Assembly: GCA_963544845.1 (NCBI GenBank)
Contig: CAUUGL010000007.1
Coordinates: forward strand, 3,471 to 67,470
Reading direction: 5' to 3'
Length of the DNA: 64,000 nucleotides
DNA from: an uncultured Alloprevotella sp.
Lineage (GTDB): Bacteria > Bacteroidota > Bacteroidia > Bacteroidales > Bacteroidaceae
Shown here: positions 63,999 through 64,000 of the stretch, piece by piece
Layout: each line of letters opens with the position of its first letter
How positions within the stretch are numbered: position 1 is the first letter of the stretch
The notes under the pieces: generated by a model
Databases searched by the model: none
Seen by the model: the letters and a program-made list of their open reading frames with translations, nothing else
What the model was told of the DNA's origin: nothing
Made by a program: the position numbers and the translations under genes

Positions 63999-64000
63999 TT

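Noticed and set aside
1-64000. tRNA, rRNA and tmRNA genes
   Set aside because: I saw no T-loop/acceptor-type GGTTCGAATCC-like signatures and no rRNA-like conserved blocks when reading the non-coding regions. A tRNAscan or Infernal run would be needed to be certain.

Overview
This window looks like a Bacteroidales (Porphyromonadaceae-like) chromosomal segment, judged from protein signatures and TAnnTTTG-type promoter boxes. The species was not identified.

About 45 protein genes are supported, and most are housekeeping:
- cydA (3' part) and cydB, rlmD, a thioesterase, aroB, an EamA transporter, an EF-G paralogue and a GH20 beta-N-acetylhexosaminidase.
- A YtxH / holin-like / small-protein triad, a SPOR lipoprotein, two ABC-F ATPases, a DUF389 protein, an M13 peptidase (PepO-like) and metA.
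- gdh, serS, an ftsE-like gene, lysC, lysA and hemW.
- A five-gene MacAB/TolC-type efflux operon.
- A YtrA-type GntR / ABC / membrane / GIN-domain operon.
- A large outer-membrane beta-barrel protein, a TIGR01212 radical-SAM protein and a PiT-PhoU phosphate transporter.
- The complete eight-gene MoxR-DUF58-BatABCDE aerotolerance operon.

The accessory content is mobile-element debris:
- Three copies of one IS5-family element: one full-length copy with an A7 frameshift, one internal-deletion derivative and one truncated remnant.
- Two internally deleted ISL3-family derivatives and IS30-family end fragments.
- Several families of short palindromic or MITE-like repeats.

I saw no rRNA, tRNA or CRISPR array. 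I could not support a clearly novel protein-based system.

The most unusual signals are non-coding:
- Four exactly 22-bp-phased repeats upstream of the efflux operon.
- GGTAGA/TCTACC word arrays filling the intercistronic spacers of that operon.
- A palindrome-rich element of about 180 bp, present as an inverted pair 48 kb apart.
- A 13-17 nt motif (TTACCGGACAGCAATAA) recurring in at least 8 intergenic sites.

All functional calls come from reading motifs by eye. No database search was run.
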